Source: Vicugna vicugna
Lineage: Eukaryota
Assembly: GCA_013265495.1 (NCBI GenBank)
Contig: MU058844.1
Span: 12,112,184 to 12,176,183 of the forward strand
DNA: 64,000 bases
Direction of reading: 5' to 3'
Position numbers and translations under genes: made by a program. Positions within the stretch are counted from its first letter, which is position 1. Each line of letters opens with the position of its first letter. The notes under the pieces are model-generated. The model was not told the DNA's origin. It ran no database searches and saw nothing but the letters and a program-made list of their open reading frames with translations. Positions 1 through 13,335 of this stretch are shown piece by piece.

Positions 1-88
1 TGGGGCAGCATCCATGAACTTGCACTTCTACAGGTTTTTAAGTGATGCCGATGCTGCTGGCCCAGGAACTGTACTTTGCAAAGCACTG
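1..88. mobile_element. MER5A-like hAT-Charlie DNA transposon fragment
   Basis: gtgatgccgatgctgctggcccaggaactgtactttgcaaagcactg resembles the MER5A terminus. Confidence 0.6.
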
Positions 89-1949
89 GCATAAGGCAGA
101 GGCAGTACTGAGGCTGCAGAGCAATACGGTTAAGAGCGCAGGCTTTGGACCAGACACACAGGTTAGGACTTGGCATTTCCCAACTGTATGAACTTTGGGA
201 GATTAGTAGTCTATCTTCCTTTGAACAACTTTTCCACATTTGGAGATACTCCTGTGCCATTAGTCCCATGTCCCCAGTGCTGAAGTCGAACTCAAACTGT
301 GGCCAGATCCCAGACATGTGACCTGTGCTTCACTCATCAGATGCACCCACTGAGGCATCAATTCACAAGTGAGCAATGTGTGGAAGCAAGCTCTCTGGGC
401 AGCTGCCACATGGCTAGCACTGGGAATGGTGGGCACTGGTAGGCATCCAGTTTCCTGGGGCCTCAGTGGCTGAGAGGTCAAGTTCCTGATGTTCAAGAGG
501 CATCAATACAGCAAGGTCAAGTTTCTGGCATTGATCGCTTGATCCAGCAGCTTCCTCAACAGGCCAGTGAAGCAGCTTGACTTCACAGGAAGTTAAGCCC
601 TGAGTTACTCAGATGCTCTCAGGGCCACCCGCTATGCTGTAATAAACTCATTTTTACTGTAATGGATTCTATGAACCCAGTAACACCCACATTCTAGTGC
701 TTTGATCCGATAAATATCAATGGAGCCTCAATTCCCTTCTTTGCAAAACTGAAGTATTACCAAACGAAGATTGGTTCAGAAATTTTTATACAGCATGAAT
801 TATTTTATACCCACACACATTTTTAACCTCAAATGTATTCTGTTTTTTTCACAAAGCTCTAATTTCATATGCTTAATACTCTTTAAAAAATATGGTAATG
901 GGTAATTTTTTTTTACAAACAAGATTCCTTTAACTCACATCAGCTAGCCAGAAAAACAAATTTGTGTTAAGTATTTTTTTTTCTCCTCTCTTCTCTCCTC
1001 CTAGAATTTTGGATATTTTCAAATGAAATATTCAATATATCAAAATGAAAAACAGTGATTAGCAAAATGTCTGGAAGAAACAAAAACATAGCATCTGAAG
1101 TGATGCTTCCAACACACAGACTTTCCCTAGGCTATGCCTAAAAGAGAGGGGAGAGAAACCAAAATGTGTTTTTCCACGTCTACTTTTTCCACAGCCCCAA
1201 GAAGAACTCCTGGCAAAGCTGTCACATCTAATCTTATCTTACATTCCTGGATGCTGTTGACTAACCTCTTTTTTTTTTTTTTTTCCAGCTGACAAGCTGA
1301 CGAGCACAACTTCAGTTTCTAGTTTTGACTGCAATTTTCTTTTTCCTTCCAGACCTCAGGACAGATGCTGTTGTCAGATAACCTGCCTACTTGAACCCAT
1401 TTGACTGATGTTGAGCACAAAGTAGCAGGCTGGACCACTCGTTCACCAACCACCTCCTGTCCCTTCTCTCCCTGTCATTCAAAGGCCAAGTTCCTCAAGG
1501 CCATGGCAGTTTCAGTCAAGGACCAGGATGCCCAGTAAAATTGTCATAGGCCTAAATTTTAAGAACACTCAAGCTGGAAGAGACTTTGTACACTTGGGCA
1601 CAATCACACACCTGGCAAATATGGGAAAGAGGATTTGATCTCAGGTCTCCCTGATTGCAAAAGTCCTACCTCTTAACCATTTTGTCATATTTCCTCTTTC
1701 CATGCATGTGAAATAGGAATTACACGAATTCTGTATACTTCTTGAAAGCCTGAATTATTAAATTGTTTTGTAGAATACAGTAAATATTCACTCATCTCTT
1801 AGAATTGCTGTTTTGAAAAGAGACTACCATCTTTATTCTGATGCTTTAAAAATCCAAATCGGAGGTACATATTACAGGATGAGGCTTGAATGGAGGGTGT
1901 AATTCCAAGGCAATAAGCCTGAGGAGGAAGGGGAACATGCAGGGAAGGA

Positions 1950-2400
1950 GCAAAAGAAAATAAAGGTGGGCGCATTACGAAGCTTATGACAAAATACGGT
2001 CAGTAGCTCGGGTATACAGAGGGATGTCCTCAGATAGGCCATGCAGAGCCAGGCACCTTGGGACAATCAGGAGAGAATGATATCTACACTTGTCTTCCAG
2101 CCACATCTTCCTCATGGGTCAGCCAGCCCCAGGTCATGGTAACTCTTCATATTTTCTGTTTTCTTTCCCCTGCCCTCTACATAACAGCTGGGACAAGACT
2201 CCAGACCCTCTGTACTGTGGGGCAGCACTTCCGCTAAGACTGGAAGTTGTAAAAGGACCCTCTGTGAGTCTTGGCAGCCTGGACCGAGAGGTAGGACTTG
2301 GGTATCAGACCGCCATAGCCGGGCCTCACCCCAGCAGAGGATGTGTTAGGGGAGACAGCGGTTACCAAGGCCTGCGGAGGCACCGAGCTGGGTCCAGGAC
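1950..2400. mobile_element. Probable old ERVL-type LTR fragment
   Basis: GC-richer block with LTR33/LTR16-like motifs; family not firmly recognised. Confidence 0.3.
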
Positions 2401-3904
2401 AGTTGCTTAGACAGCTTCTAATGCTCTTTCTAAGTCTAATGGTCTGTGGTTCAAGACATCCCAGTGGGGTTAATGCCCTGCTGAGGATCAAACAGCCAAT
2501 CAGCAGAGTTCCTCTGGTGTGCTTTCTCCTATACCACTGCTTCTTTAAAACTCCCCAGAATCCTTCTGTGTCCTCAGAGTCCCTCAGACCACAGGCAGCA
2601 AACAGACACCTAGCCAGTCCAGACAGGTGCCACAAACTAATAAACCGTGCCAGTTATTTGCACATGAGACCACAACAAAGCATCCTCCTGTGTGGCGAAC
2701 TATTTCTTTACCATAAGAAAAATAATACAAGTGTGATAATAAATGAAAACACCCTGTGGTATGCTAGAAACAGCTCACATCAGGTTGTGAGTCTGCCTTC
2801 CTTCTTGACAATGACTTCACATTGGGAACTTGAAGTTGACCGTGGTGGAAAACCATCAAATGCGACAAATCTGAGTTTTTATTTTCTACAGAACCAAGTA
2901 AACACTGAACAGCGCAACACTGCACATGGCCTCAGTTTTAGACAACAGAAAGTTATTGGGCCTGTAGACTAGGGAGCATGTTCTCTTTAAAGAGGACAGT
3001 GAGATTCAGTCTTAGAAACACACTGCCACATAAGAATGCAGGCTTCGCGTGGTTGACCTTCCAAGTCTTCTGGGAAGTCAGAAACCCAGGTATTTAAATC
3101 AAAACCCCTATTTTTAAAATGTCATCTCACTTTTTTTTTTAACCTAAACATCTCCCTAAGACAAACTGGGACTCTTGGACTCAAGTTGGCAAATTCCGGT
3201 TTAAATCAAGTATGACCCCAAAGGGGAGTATCCTACACACCTTCAACTAAATAAACATCAATATGAAGGAGTTGGTCTATGTTTTCCTTTTCTGGAAAAA
3301 ATAGCGAAAGATACTCCTTGGACTTAGCCGATGTGAGCTATTCCTTTACTTAACATAGCAGCAGCATCATTTGGTATTTATCTGGCTGCCAGAAATGCAC
3401 TGACCCAACTAGGAGCACCGTGGGACTAAAGTTTTACATTCTCTCTTCAAAATTCCTTTGTTGAGCAAACTTCACTTATATTACTTTACAAAGTTCCAGA
3501 TGACTTGCAGGCTGCTGATTTTCCTATTAGCCTTTATGTGAGCAGGCTCCCAGGGGGATAATTGGCAACACATGAAATAATTTTTTATCCTGCTTGAGGA
3601 TACTTTACTATTAAAAAATGACAATAGATGGAAACTAAAGGGGGAAAATATATTGTTTCCAAAGTCTAAGTTTTGTCCTATTGGAAATGGCACTGGTTGC
3701 AAGGATGTAGTGATATCTGAGAATCTCTTGTAAGATCCACAGATACATCTGGAAGATGGGCACAGGACGGTGGTCCTTTGCCTTGTGGCAGGAGCTGCAT
3801 TGTACCTAGTCTGTCATTGTTTGCAACTTAGCTTCACAGATTCTTAGTGACCTTGAGCTTTTTTTTTTTTTAGAATTTGGCAAGAATAAAGGATTGTACC
3901 TTTT

Positions 3905-4575
3905 TTAAAATAAAAATCATACACGTTTATAGTATACATGTTTTGATATACATATACATAATGAAAAGATTATTATAACAAACTAATTAACATATCCATC
4001 TTCTCATATACCTTTTGTGTGCGGATAGTACAAGTACCCGAAATCTACTCTCCAGCAAGTTTTCAGTATTCAGTACAGTATTATTAACTATAGTCATCAT
4101 GCCGTAGATTATATCTCTAGATTTATCCATCCTACATATCTGCAATTTTGTACCCTTTGACCAGTATCTCCCCATTTCCTCCACCCCCCACCATTACTCT
4201 TTCTATGTATTCAGCTTTTATAGATTCCTCATATAAGTGAGAACACACAGTACTTTTCATTCTGTGTCTGGCTTATTTCACTTAGCATAATGCCCTCCAG
4301 GTGCATCCATGTTGTCGCAAACGGCAGGGTCACCTTTTTAAAGCTAAATTATATTCCATAATATTATAATACATATTATACATGCATCTACACATAACAC
4401 ATAGATACACACATATATATATATATATATCACGATTTCTTTATCCATTCATCCACTGATGGACACCTAGATTTCATATACTGGCTATCGGGAATAACGC
4501 CACAATAAACGTGGGCGTGCAGGATTCCCTTCAAGGCACTGGTTTCATTTCCTTTGGGTATATACTCAGAAGAGG
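3905..4575 (-). mobile_element. L1 (L1MA9/10-like) 3' fragment
   Basis: Reverse-strand L1 3'UTR/ORF2-end motifs: ctggcttatttcacttagcataatg, ttctttatccattcatccactgatggacac, tttcctttgggtatatactcagaag. Confidence 0.85.
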
Positions 4576-5064
4576 CACAAAAAAAATGATCCTATCCCTA
4601 GAATTTATATCCATGCCCAATGGGCAGGCTAGCCCTCTAATTTCTGATTATATTCTTTTTCTGAATTCTCTCTGGCTCTGGCTGGCTGGCTGGCTGTCAG
4701 GCGTTCCATACACATATCTACACCAGTGGAGCTTCATTTGTAAGCACAGCTGGGGGAATCTGGAAGCCTCCCACTGCAGGGAGGTGCAGGGCACTGAGTA
4801 GGAACACACAGGAAATATGGATCCAACTGCATGAGCAGCTGGATATAGATAAAAAAAAAAAAACTCTCTAGATTCTATGTCAACCTTATAAAATTTCTTT
4901 TAATATAAATCTGAATTCTCTTCAGCACATTCTGTCTGCCGGTCCACAACAAATTTGGAGATATTTTTTTTAAATTTATATTTACCATTTACATGCTACC
5001 TAGATGGTAGAATATGGTAATATCTTTCAACTTCGCAGTGTCAAGCAACATAGTTGCATATACG

Positions 5065-5265
5065 TACAGGGTGTCCAAAAAGTCAGGAAACACTGGGAAA
5101 ACTTACTTTTAAATAGTTCATAGTTACTTTTTTAAATATAGTATCCTTAATGAATTTTACTTCAACTCCTAGAAAACATTTTGGGTAAAGGGTCTCTAAA
5201 TTTAAAGCAGTGGGTATAACTGTTAATACACTACAGAGTGTCCAAAAAATCTGAAAACAGAGGGA
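5065..5265. mobile_element. Tc1/mariner-type fossil with two TIR-like motifs
   Basis: TA-CAGGGTGTCCAAAAAGTC at 5065 and TA-CAGAGTGTCCAAAAAATC at 5232; TA followed by CAGGGTGTCC is a typical TcMar end. Confidence 0.5.
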
Positions 5266-5974
5266 AGTGTGATTTTATTTTTATCTCATGAACAACTGGT
5301 CAGAGCTTGACTACAATCAATATGTTTTTTCTCTCATTTACTGAAACAAAATATCGTTTAAGTGATCACACATGTTTGTCTCAATTAGGAGGAAAGTGTT
5401 TTAAAATTTTTTAAAATGTCCAGTCCTTTCTCTACAACTGGACATGCAAAAACAGTATGTCTGAAGCACTGCAAAATGAGCACAAATCCAACTGGCTTGA
5501 ACAGACCACATCCAAGAACTTTGCATCATTACTATTTTTTTTCTGAGCCTGTGAGTAACCAGAGTCAGGAAGAAACAGGAGACAATAAATAAAACAAATG
5601 AGCTATTTCTCAAATGCAAATATTTTGGCTCAAGTTGAAAGATTACATTGCTTGTAGACACACAATACTCTAAAATAGCAAAACCAATATTCTCTTAAAA
5701 AATACCACATGCTGAGTCGAAAATATGTAATCTATTGAAAGTATTGAGCAGAAAATCTTCTCCCAAAGAGCACACAACCACAGGTATGAGAAAGAATAAT
5801 AAATATTACTCTGAGAAGGTTACTGGAGAGAACATTTCCTACTGGTAAACTTTATTATCCAGAGTAGGATACACTGATTACCAGCTTTCATTAATCTTAT
5901 TTATTAAGGCTACTTTATAGTCTACTCAGATTCTGTTTACCAAGTACAAAGGAAGGAAACAAATGCCCACTGCA

Positions 5975-6105
5975 TTGACTAACTCAGCATCGGAGACATT
6001 AACGACTGCACGGACAGGTTTCGCACTTTACAGCTTGGATCACCATTTAAAGATCATGCGCATTACCTGGTGACGTCAGGCTCTGTGACCAGGGAGGCAA
6101 ACAGC
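5975..6105. promoter_or_regulatory. Candidate enhancer with full CRE
   Basis: Palindromic TGACGTCA at 6071-6078, ATGCGCAT at 6056-6063, several retained CpGs in unique sequence. Confidence 0.4.
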
Positions 6106-7109
6106 TTTTCTGCTGTTACATCAGAAATCAGTTACTTCTGTGTGCCAGAAAATCTGAACTTGTCTACCTTTGTCATTATTAATAGAAACTTACTTTGTTA
6201 TAATGTTCTTAAAATTTATAGATGTCATTGGCACGCATTTCTTTTCTTGAAACATTGAGAGCTAAAAATAAAAGTTTTACCATCTAGCCCCAGGTATGAT
6301 CAGTCAAATATATAAACAGCAGATAGGATGACTGATGTATCCATGTTATATTAGGCAGTCAATAAGCCTTCATCTTTCAGAAAATGCTGTCTCTATTTCG
6401 TAAAAGACTTGCAGTTAGAAATGTGTAAACAAATAATCAAAGAAATAACCCACATCAAACCATCTCACAGTGCACATTAAACTTATATAACACTATAGGC
6501 CAATTACATTGCAATAAAGTTGGAAAGAAAGAAAAATCATGAACCTAAAATTTAATGATGTACTACAATAAAACTTGGTGGGTATAAATGTCTCTAGGAA
6601 CTTCTGGATATAAGAAGCCAGGTCAGTTAGCGCTGGAGAGTTGCAACAGGTTCTAATTCAGAACATTACTGCTGGGCTCTCAGAGGTGTCAGGAGCTAGA
6701 GAAGAATCTTATACTCATAGTGTGGAGGGAGAAGTTAACCAAGGTTTTGCTGAGAACCTTTAGGACAGAGTTTCAGAAGAATCTACCAGATCCCTGATGC
6801 ATTCTTTTATCAACATGAAGCAAACCAGTGTTTGAAGGGTAAGGAAAAGGCTAGCACAGCTTCTGACAGCAGCCTTTGCTTCTGTCTGCCCGGGAGAGGA
6901 AAGCACCCCTTTCTGACTGCGTGTGCAGAAACTGTCTGGATTCAGACTTCTCTGGCTATAATTCTAATATATCAATATTTGCTACAAAAAATGAGTATCC
7001 AAACCTACTATACTCCTAATAAATCAATACCCAGGCAGACTGTCCATCTGTCTGTCAAAGTATTGGCTTATTTCACATGTAGCTACCCATTTCTCTTTCC
7101 AAGACAGTA

Positions 7110-7290
7110 TTTTTTTTCATTGAAGTATAGTCGATTTGCAACGCTGTGTTGCTTCTGGTGTACAGCTCAGTGATTCATTTACACACATAAATATATATTC
7201 CTTATCATCTTCTTTTTCAATACAGGTTATTACAAGATATTGACTATAGTTCCGTGTGCTATATACACACTATGACCTTGCTGTCTATTC
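7110..7290 (-). mobile_element. Cetartiodactyl/camelid L1 extreme 3' end
   Basis: ttttttttcattgaagtatagtcgatttgcaa...ctggtgtacagc...ggttattacaagatattgactatagttcc is the reverse of the L1 3' ends at 24300-24460, 26660-26840 and 32330-32550. Confidence 0.8.
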
Positions 7291-7306
7291 CAGGGTACTA
7301 TTTACA

Positions 7307-7307
<1 letters not shown>

Positions 7308-7339
<32 letters not shown>
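7308..7339. repeat. (CA)n microsatellite
   Basis: Direct reading. Confidence 0.95.
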
Positions 7340-7341
<2 letters not shown>

Positions 7342-7762
7342 ACATTTCAGCAAGGGAGAGGCTGCGATGGTGTGACGTTTCAGTTGTCAACCAACCCCAT
7401 CTCCTTGTTAATAATTCTGACTACCACCTTAAAAGTTAAATTCCTATCCCTAGCCCACATTCCAAAAGACGATTCACAGGACTTATAGGAAAGGCCCTGT
7501 GACATCAGCTTCTTTACTCTTTTGAAACCTGCAGATTCTGGCATGGCAGCACCGCCATGGTGACGCACACTTCAAATTCATTCAACCTGAGAAGATCTCA
7601 GTGCCTAACACATTTCAGTGTGTGGGTGTAGGGTAAGACCAGACAGTTGTGGGTTTTTTTTTCTTTTTTTGTAATGCAGGTGCCTGACTTAAACTCCGAT
7701 TGCCCACTCATCCATTTTAAGGAGGCATGCACTTCAAAGGTAGCGATCTCGTATAAACACAT

Positions 7763-8164
7763 TGCCAGCACAGGACTAAACCAAGAGCCAGCCCACCTCC
7801 CCACAAAGAGGCTCCTCAGTTTCAGAGATCTTGGTGGAGTTCAACAACTGACTATTTGGGCCTCTTGTTCGTTTGGTTTTTTTCTCTTCCCACTCTTTAA
7901 ATTCCTGCTCCTATGTTTTAAATTCACCAATAAAGAATGAGCTCAAGAAACCCTAGGCCGCCAACCTCCACCCCAATAAAAGCAGAACCCCAGGCCCTGC
8001 TGCTTGCTCTCCCTGCAACCCCATACCCCAACAACCTCACTGTGTGCTTTGCAATCTCCAGGTCTTGTAAGCAGTACATCTTTATTTTGTTAGTTTCCTG
8101 ATTAACCATCAGGAGGGTATCATGCAATCATAGTAAGAACCATAGGGCTGATCCAGCTGTAACA
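7763..8164 (+). mobile_element. Solo ERV1-type LTR
   Basis: TG...CA termini, CCAAT boxes, aataaaagcagaacccaggccct TATA-like region, 3' end ctgatccagctgtaaca. Confidence 0.55.
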
Positions 8165-8272
8165 CTGGTTCTTGATAGGATGAGACCAGCACAAAACTGT
8201 ATGTCCTTGTGTTCAACGTGATTTTCAAAATCAACCCCTTGAGTAGAATTACAGGGGAGAAAAATAGCAAAT

Positions 8273-8636
8273 TGCTGTAAACTGAACATTTTGTCTCTCC
8301 CACCAATCCATACATTGAAACCTTATTCCCAATGTGATGCTATTAGAAGGCAGCACATTTGGGAGGTGATCAGGTTATGAGGGCAGAGTCCTCATGCATG
8401 GGATTAGTGCCCTTAGAAAGGAGACCCTGGAGAGCTCTCTCATCCCTTCGCCAGGTTGGACACAGTGAGATGACAGTCACCTAAGATCAGGAGGCAGGCC
8501 CTGACCAGCCACCGAATCTGCTGGCACCTTGATCACTGACTTGCAAGCCTCCGGAGCCACATGAAATAAAGTTCTGTTGTTTACAAGCCTCCCAGTCTGC
8601 GGCATTCCATTACACCAGCCCGAACAGACCAAGGTG
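8273..8636 (+). mobile_element. MLT1A/MLT1A0 MaLR solo LTR
   Basis: cccaatgtgatgctattagaaggc...atgggattagtgccctt...gaatctgctggcaccttgatc...aaataaagttctgttgtttacaagcc. Confidence 0.85.
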
Positions 8637-10344
8637 CAACTACGACTCCGAGTCCGTTTCTGGTCATCACAACCACAACTTCAGCCTCTGCTCCCCCGGG
8701 GAGGTCTGGAGACCCCATCACACAATGAGCCCCCACCAAAACCTCAGGACAGAGCACGGCTTCAGGAGGGCAGCCCTGCCAGGCTGGGGTTCTTAGCTCC
8801 GATTTCTTGGCTGTTCTCATTTTTATTCCATGCAATTCCTTCCTTTCTTCTCTATGATAATGATCTTCATTAACTACATTTTAATTCTTCCCACGTGGCA
8901 CTGTATTAGATTTGACTGCTCACCATTAACTGGCCCTTCACTCTCCTCTGCCTCCTTTACAGCCAGTTCACAGGAGCTGGACTCTCTCCTCACTCCACCC
9001 TTTCTTCACCCTTGTGTTACCAGCCCTTTGTGTGTTGCTTTTCCTCCTTCCCTGCATGTGAGACCATCTAGTCCTACTCTCCCTAAAGCCTTTGTTCTCA
9101 TTGTGTTATTTTCCAGGGCAAACGTCACCTCTAATCTTATTTTTACCTCTTCACGTATCTCTTATTTTCTTCCATGATTAATTTATGTTAATTCTGGGCT
9201 GTATGGCAGTTGTCTCCAGCCAAGTCACTAGGGAGTTTGCATAATATAATCAATTAATAATTACCAACTGCTAATTTTTTTCCCCAGTCTCTGCATTTCA
9301 AATTTTAGATGGAGAATTACTTAGAAAAGGAAAAAGGAGATAAAGATCCATCATCTGACGCCTCTCGTACACAAATAATGGAATATAGACTTCTCATCAC
9401 CCCAAAATACATTGAGGTGTGACTATACCGTAATTTGGAGCTCTTTAAACAAAATATCCCTCGGAAAACAACATAGATTTGAGGGCACAGATCGCTGAAC
9501 TAGAGAATTTCATAATTTTTTCTCCCACATAAAAGTGAGATTGAAAATCACATGGTATAAGCTTCCTGGATGAACTGAAGTTATTTTCATCACACTCTTT
9601 GAAGAGGTAACCTCGCCAAAAACATGTCATTAAAGAACAAAACTGTGGAGCCCCCAGACAAGTTATGTTAATTAGTGTCATTTGCAAGTTACGTAAATAC
9701 CTCATTAAAAATTGTAAAGGATTAAACAATTACTTGTCATATTTTAATAATGAATACAATACAGTAGCATCCTATAATTTAATTCATTCTGTGCCTCACA
9801 CAGATTCCTAATTAGGTAGACTGTGTATTTGAGTCAATATGGCAGGCTTTCTAGCCAGTTTTTAACTACAGTCCTGATTTTCATTTCACTAACTTTAATT
9901 TAATTTGAGAGCTCTTTACATAAAGGAAATAAACACTGGCAAAAGCTTTTAATCTCTTTTGGGGCTGGGTAGACATGGAGACATCACCATCCCTTCAAGG
10001 ATTAAATAAAAGACATAGACCCTCCTCCCAGAGAAGCATATGGAAATCTGCACATACATATCATATATCCTCACCAACACAGAATTTCACCTATACTTTC
10101 AAGGATTTCCCAGAGCTCCTAATTATTCACAGCCAAGTAAGATCCCAAGGACACAGCGTGACCTTAATAACACTGGGAATACACTGTCAAAACTTCTAAA
10201 CAATCTTTCACACTATACATGCAAGAATCCTTCTAAGATTACAAATGGCAACATACAAATGTGAGAAGTGCCCAGACTGAGTGCACTTCCCTTTTTAGAA
10301 GATAGGAAAGAATACTTTTTTTATTTAAAAAAAAAAATCCGTAA

Positions 10345-10648
10345 CTTCACTGCCCTATACAGTCGCTTCTAGATAGCAAGCACTGGAAACATCCCTACTA
10401 GTCTAAATTGAGATGTGCACTAAATGGTAATTAGCCAGATTTCTAAACTTAGTAGCAAAAAATATATAAAGCAGCTAACAATTTTCAGTTGATTACACGA
10501 TGAAATGATAGTATCTGAAATATTGGGTAAAGTAAATTCTATGATACAACTAATTTCCTCTGTTTCTTTTTACTATCAAGATGCAGTTAAGTAGAAAATT
10601 CAAAATCGCATGCATGGCTTGTGTTATATTTCTACTAGACACTGCTGG
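10345..10648. mobile_element. MER33-like hAT-Charlie element
   Basis: ctagtctaaattgagatgtgc...gttgattacacgatgaaatgatagtat...atatttctactagacactgctg. Confidence 0.7.
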
Positions 10649-12699
10649 TCTGGACAATATAAACCAATCGTTATTCATTATATACCTAATCCTGCAATAG
10701 GACTGCATTGTTATCATCATCCACCTAGAGGCAATAATTACACATCTGACTTAGATAGTGCATTTCTGATTTAGGGACGTGAAAAACTGTTATCGCTCAC
10801 TGCCCTTCTCTTTCCTCCCGTTACCACCAATAACCTGGCTCCTTCTGCTGCTTTTAACTGTCACTTTCTCTCCTTTCATCGATGTCAGCTTCTGGCCAAG
10901 TTCCTCATCAGTCCCTGCTCCTACTGTCCAGCATTAGAAGAGCAGAACTTCCCTAACCTCAAGAGCCCTTCACGCATTGGCCAAGAGGACTTTTAACACT
11001 GTTGGACTTAGAATTCTTTCATTTCCTTTCTTATTTTTCCACAGCATGACACAATTTGTATTATGGCACGTTGGCCTCAGAAAAGCTGATGACCTTCTGG
11101 ATTATCTACGTTCCTTGCCCTGAAGAAGTTTCCCATTATGTATGAAGTAACACATTCAAATGTAAAACAAAAGACAAAATTTAAAGGATGAATGCAATCA
11201 ACGTTGAAATGTGTGAGATGGACCATAACCACAGCCCATAAAGATTTCTTTCAAAAAAAAATAAAGTATAAATTATTGTCTAACAAATTTTCTATCTTAA
11301 ATGTCACTAAGACCCCAGAGTCTTCAAAATTATTCCTATATTGTTCAAAAGCAACTGATTGAAATGTGAAAAAATGGGAAAATGTTTACTTCTAGGAAAA
11401 CAAAAAATGTTTGAGTTCAACATTTTGAAGATGAGAAGCAATGACATGAATATTATCTCAGATGTCATCTACTCACATACAAACTCAAGATCTTTCTTAA
11501 CTGCTGACAAGCAAATGAAATGTCTATATTTGAAGAACTCAGGGTCCCGAGAACTGAAAGAAAACAACTCTGGGGAAACTTCAAAGCAGGGAACTGGATA
11601 TTTTTAATTTGAAATTTAGAAGCATGTATGCCAGAGTTCCAAGTACTATTAACCTAAGTGGATGAAATATTATTTTCTCACTGTTTTATTTGGTATCTTG
11701 AAATTGGTCAACTTATGTCCGTTCACCAACTTTTGTCAGTGATATGTATTAATCACCAACTACCGTGATTGATTTTTTTTTTAAGGTAATGAGTTTTTCA
11801 ACGACCTTGTTTACAATTCAAACAATAACCATTTAACAAGGAGATATGACTGCCTGTTACAGTAGATTTTAAACCGTGGTCAAACAAATGTGTACCATGT
11901 AACAGGGCAAGGTCCACTGTCTCTGTGCCTTCAATATCCATCCTTTCCAAAAAATCCATATGTCATATGATATTCTGAATGCAATTCACCTTCCAGCTTA
12001 ACCTTGGCCTTTGCCCATAATTATTAAAAGGCCTGGATGATGGCAGTAATTCAGGCTGCTCCTGTTCTGTGGCAGGGCAATCAATACTGCTGCAGCATTT
12101 CACACATCGCCTCTTAATTTCACTAGTTTCATTCTGAATTAGGAATGAAACAGTAGTTGCCAAGAGATGGATACTCATACACCAAAAATGGCAATAAAAG
12201 CAATAATTAAAAAAACTAAACACTGCAAGATAAAGAAATGAAAACATGACAGAGGAAAATAAAAACATAGGATAAATTACTTCCAGTTTTTGAAATACAG
12301 ATTTCAATGTGAGATTTTTACAGCCATCACAACAGTATTCCACACGAATGTATTAGAAAATTGTCGAACAAGAAAGTATAGGAGTACCGTATCGCTTGTT
12401 ACTAGTCACGTGAATGCTGTATTTTTCTATATTCTGCATTTCTATTCCTATATTCTAATTCTTGTATTTTCCTGTATTAGGAAACACTTGAAATTATGTT
12501 TACTGTGTCGTATGCAAATTAAATCTAGAATGGAGACAATGCATTCAATTTTGAGTAGACACCTGCATAAACATGGTTTTATCTGTATGACATCTATATA
12601 ACACATAGGCCCTCAAAAACTGTTGGATGAATGAATGAATGAATGAATGAACTCTAAAATACCAAAGCCTGGAATTTTCTTTAAATAGTACTTACTGAA

Positions 12700-12910
12700 A
12701 ACGACTAATTAATCGTGCTGTCCAGGCACAACGTAGACTCCCACTGGTTCCTTTCGCCCCTAGACAACGAAGTGAAAAAATTTCCCAACACATACTCTTA
12801 ACTGAAGATCAATGGGTGTGAAGAGGGGCGGGGGGTGGGAGGTCGGACGATTCAGCAGATCAATTTTATAACATCCGTTTCCTGTGGCAATGATTAACTC
12901 ACCAGCAAAT
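12700..12910. promoter_or_regulatory. Candidate enhancer/alternative promoter
   Basis: About 9 CpGs in about 190 bp, GC box GGGGCGGGGGGTGGG at 12825-12839, ETS-like TTTCCTGT and HNF1-like AATGATTAAC. Confidence 0.35.
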
Positions 12911-13170
12911 CAGCTTTGGATTTGTTATTTTATATTTTTATTTTAATGATCTGGAAGGAAAACAAACTTTAGCCTATGACACCCTCTAGATAGACTGCAA
13001 ACACCCGTGAAGGCACAAAAATGGAAAGGATAGAGTCAAATGTTAATAGGAAACAGAACCCCTCCCTCAACTGAACTGTGGTTGAGGAGGAGAATCCAAG
13101 ACAAATACACACACACATCCACGTACACACGCATGATAGGAAGAGTCAGATTAGATATAAATATGTGTAC

Positions 13171-13335
13171 AGGGAGAGGACAGCTCAGCAGTGGAGTGTG
13201 TGCTTAGCATGCACAAGGTCCTGGGTTCAATCCCCAGTACCGTCATTAAATGAATAAATCAAATTACCTCCCACACAAAAATTTTTTTAACATTAAAAAA
13301 CAAGTTTAAAAAATAGAATAAAAAAAGAAAGAAAG
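13171..13335 (+). mobile_element. Vic-1-type camelid tRNA-derived SINE
   Basis: A-box-like cagctcagcagtggag, gcttagcatgcacaaggtcctgggttcaatccccagtacc (B box), aattacctccc, A-rich tail. Confidence 0.85.

Noticed and set aside
2343..2972. 209-aa plus-strand ORF
   Set aside because: Non-ATG start, begins in LTR-like sequence, no recognisable domain or exon structure
11020..11146. Strong plus-strand acceptor followed by a 25-codon ATG ORF
   Set aside because: Weak donor, tiny unrecognised ORF; such pyrimidine tracts are common by chance
13171..13245. tRNA-like A and B boxes
   Set aside because: Head of a tRNA-derived SINE, not a tRNA gene (same for the copy at 14245-14317)
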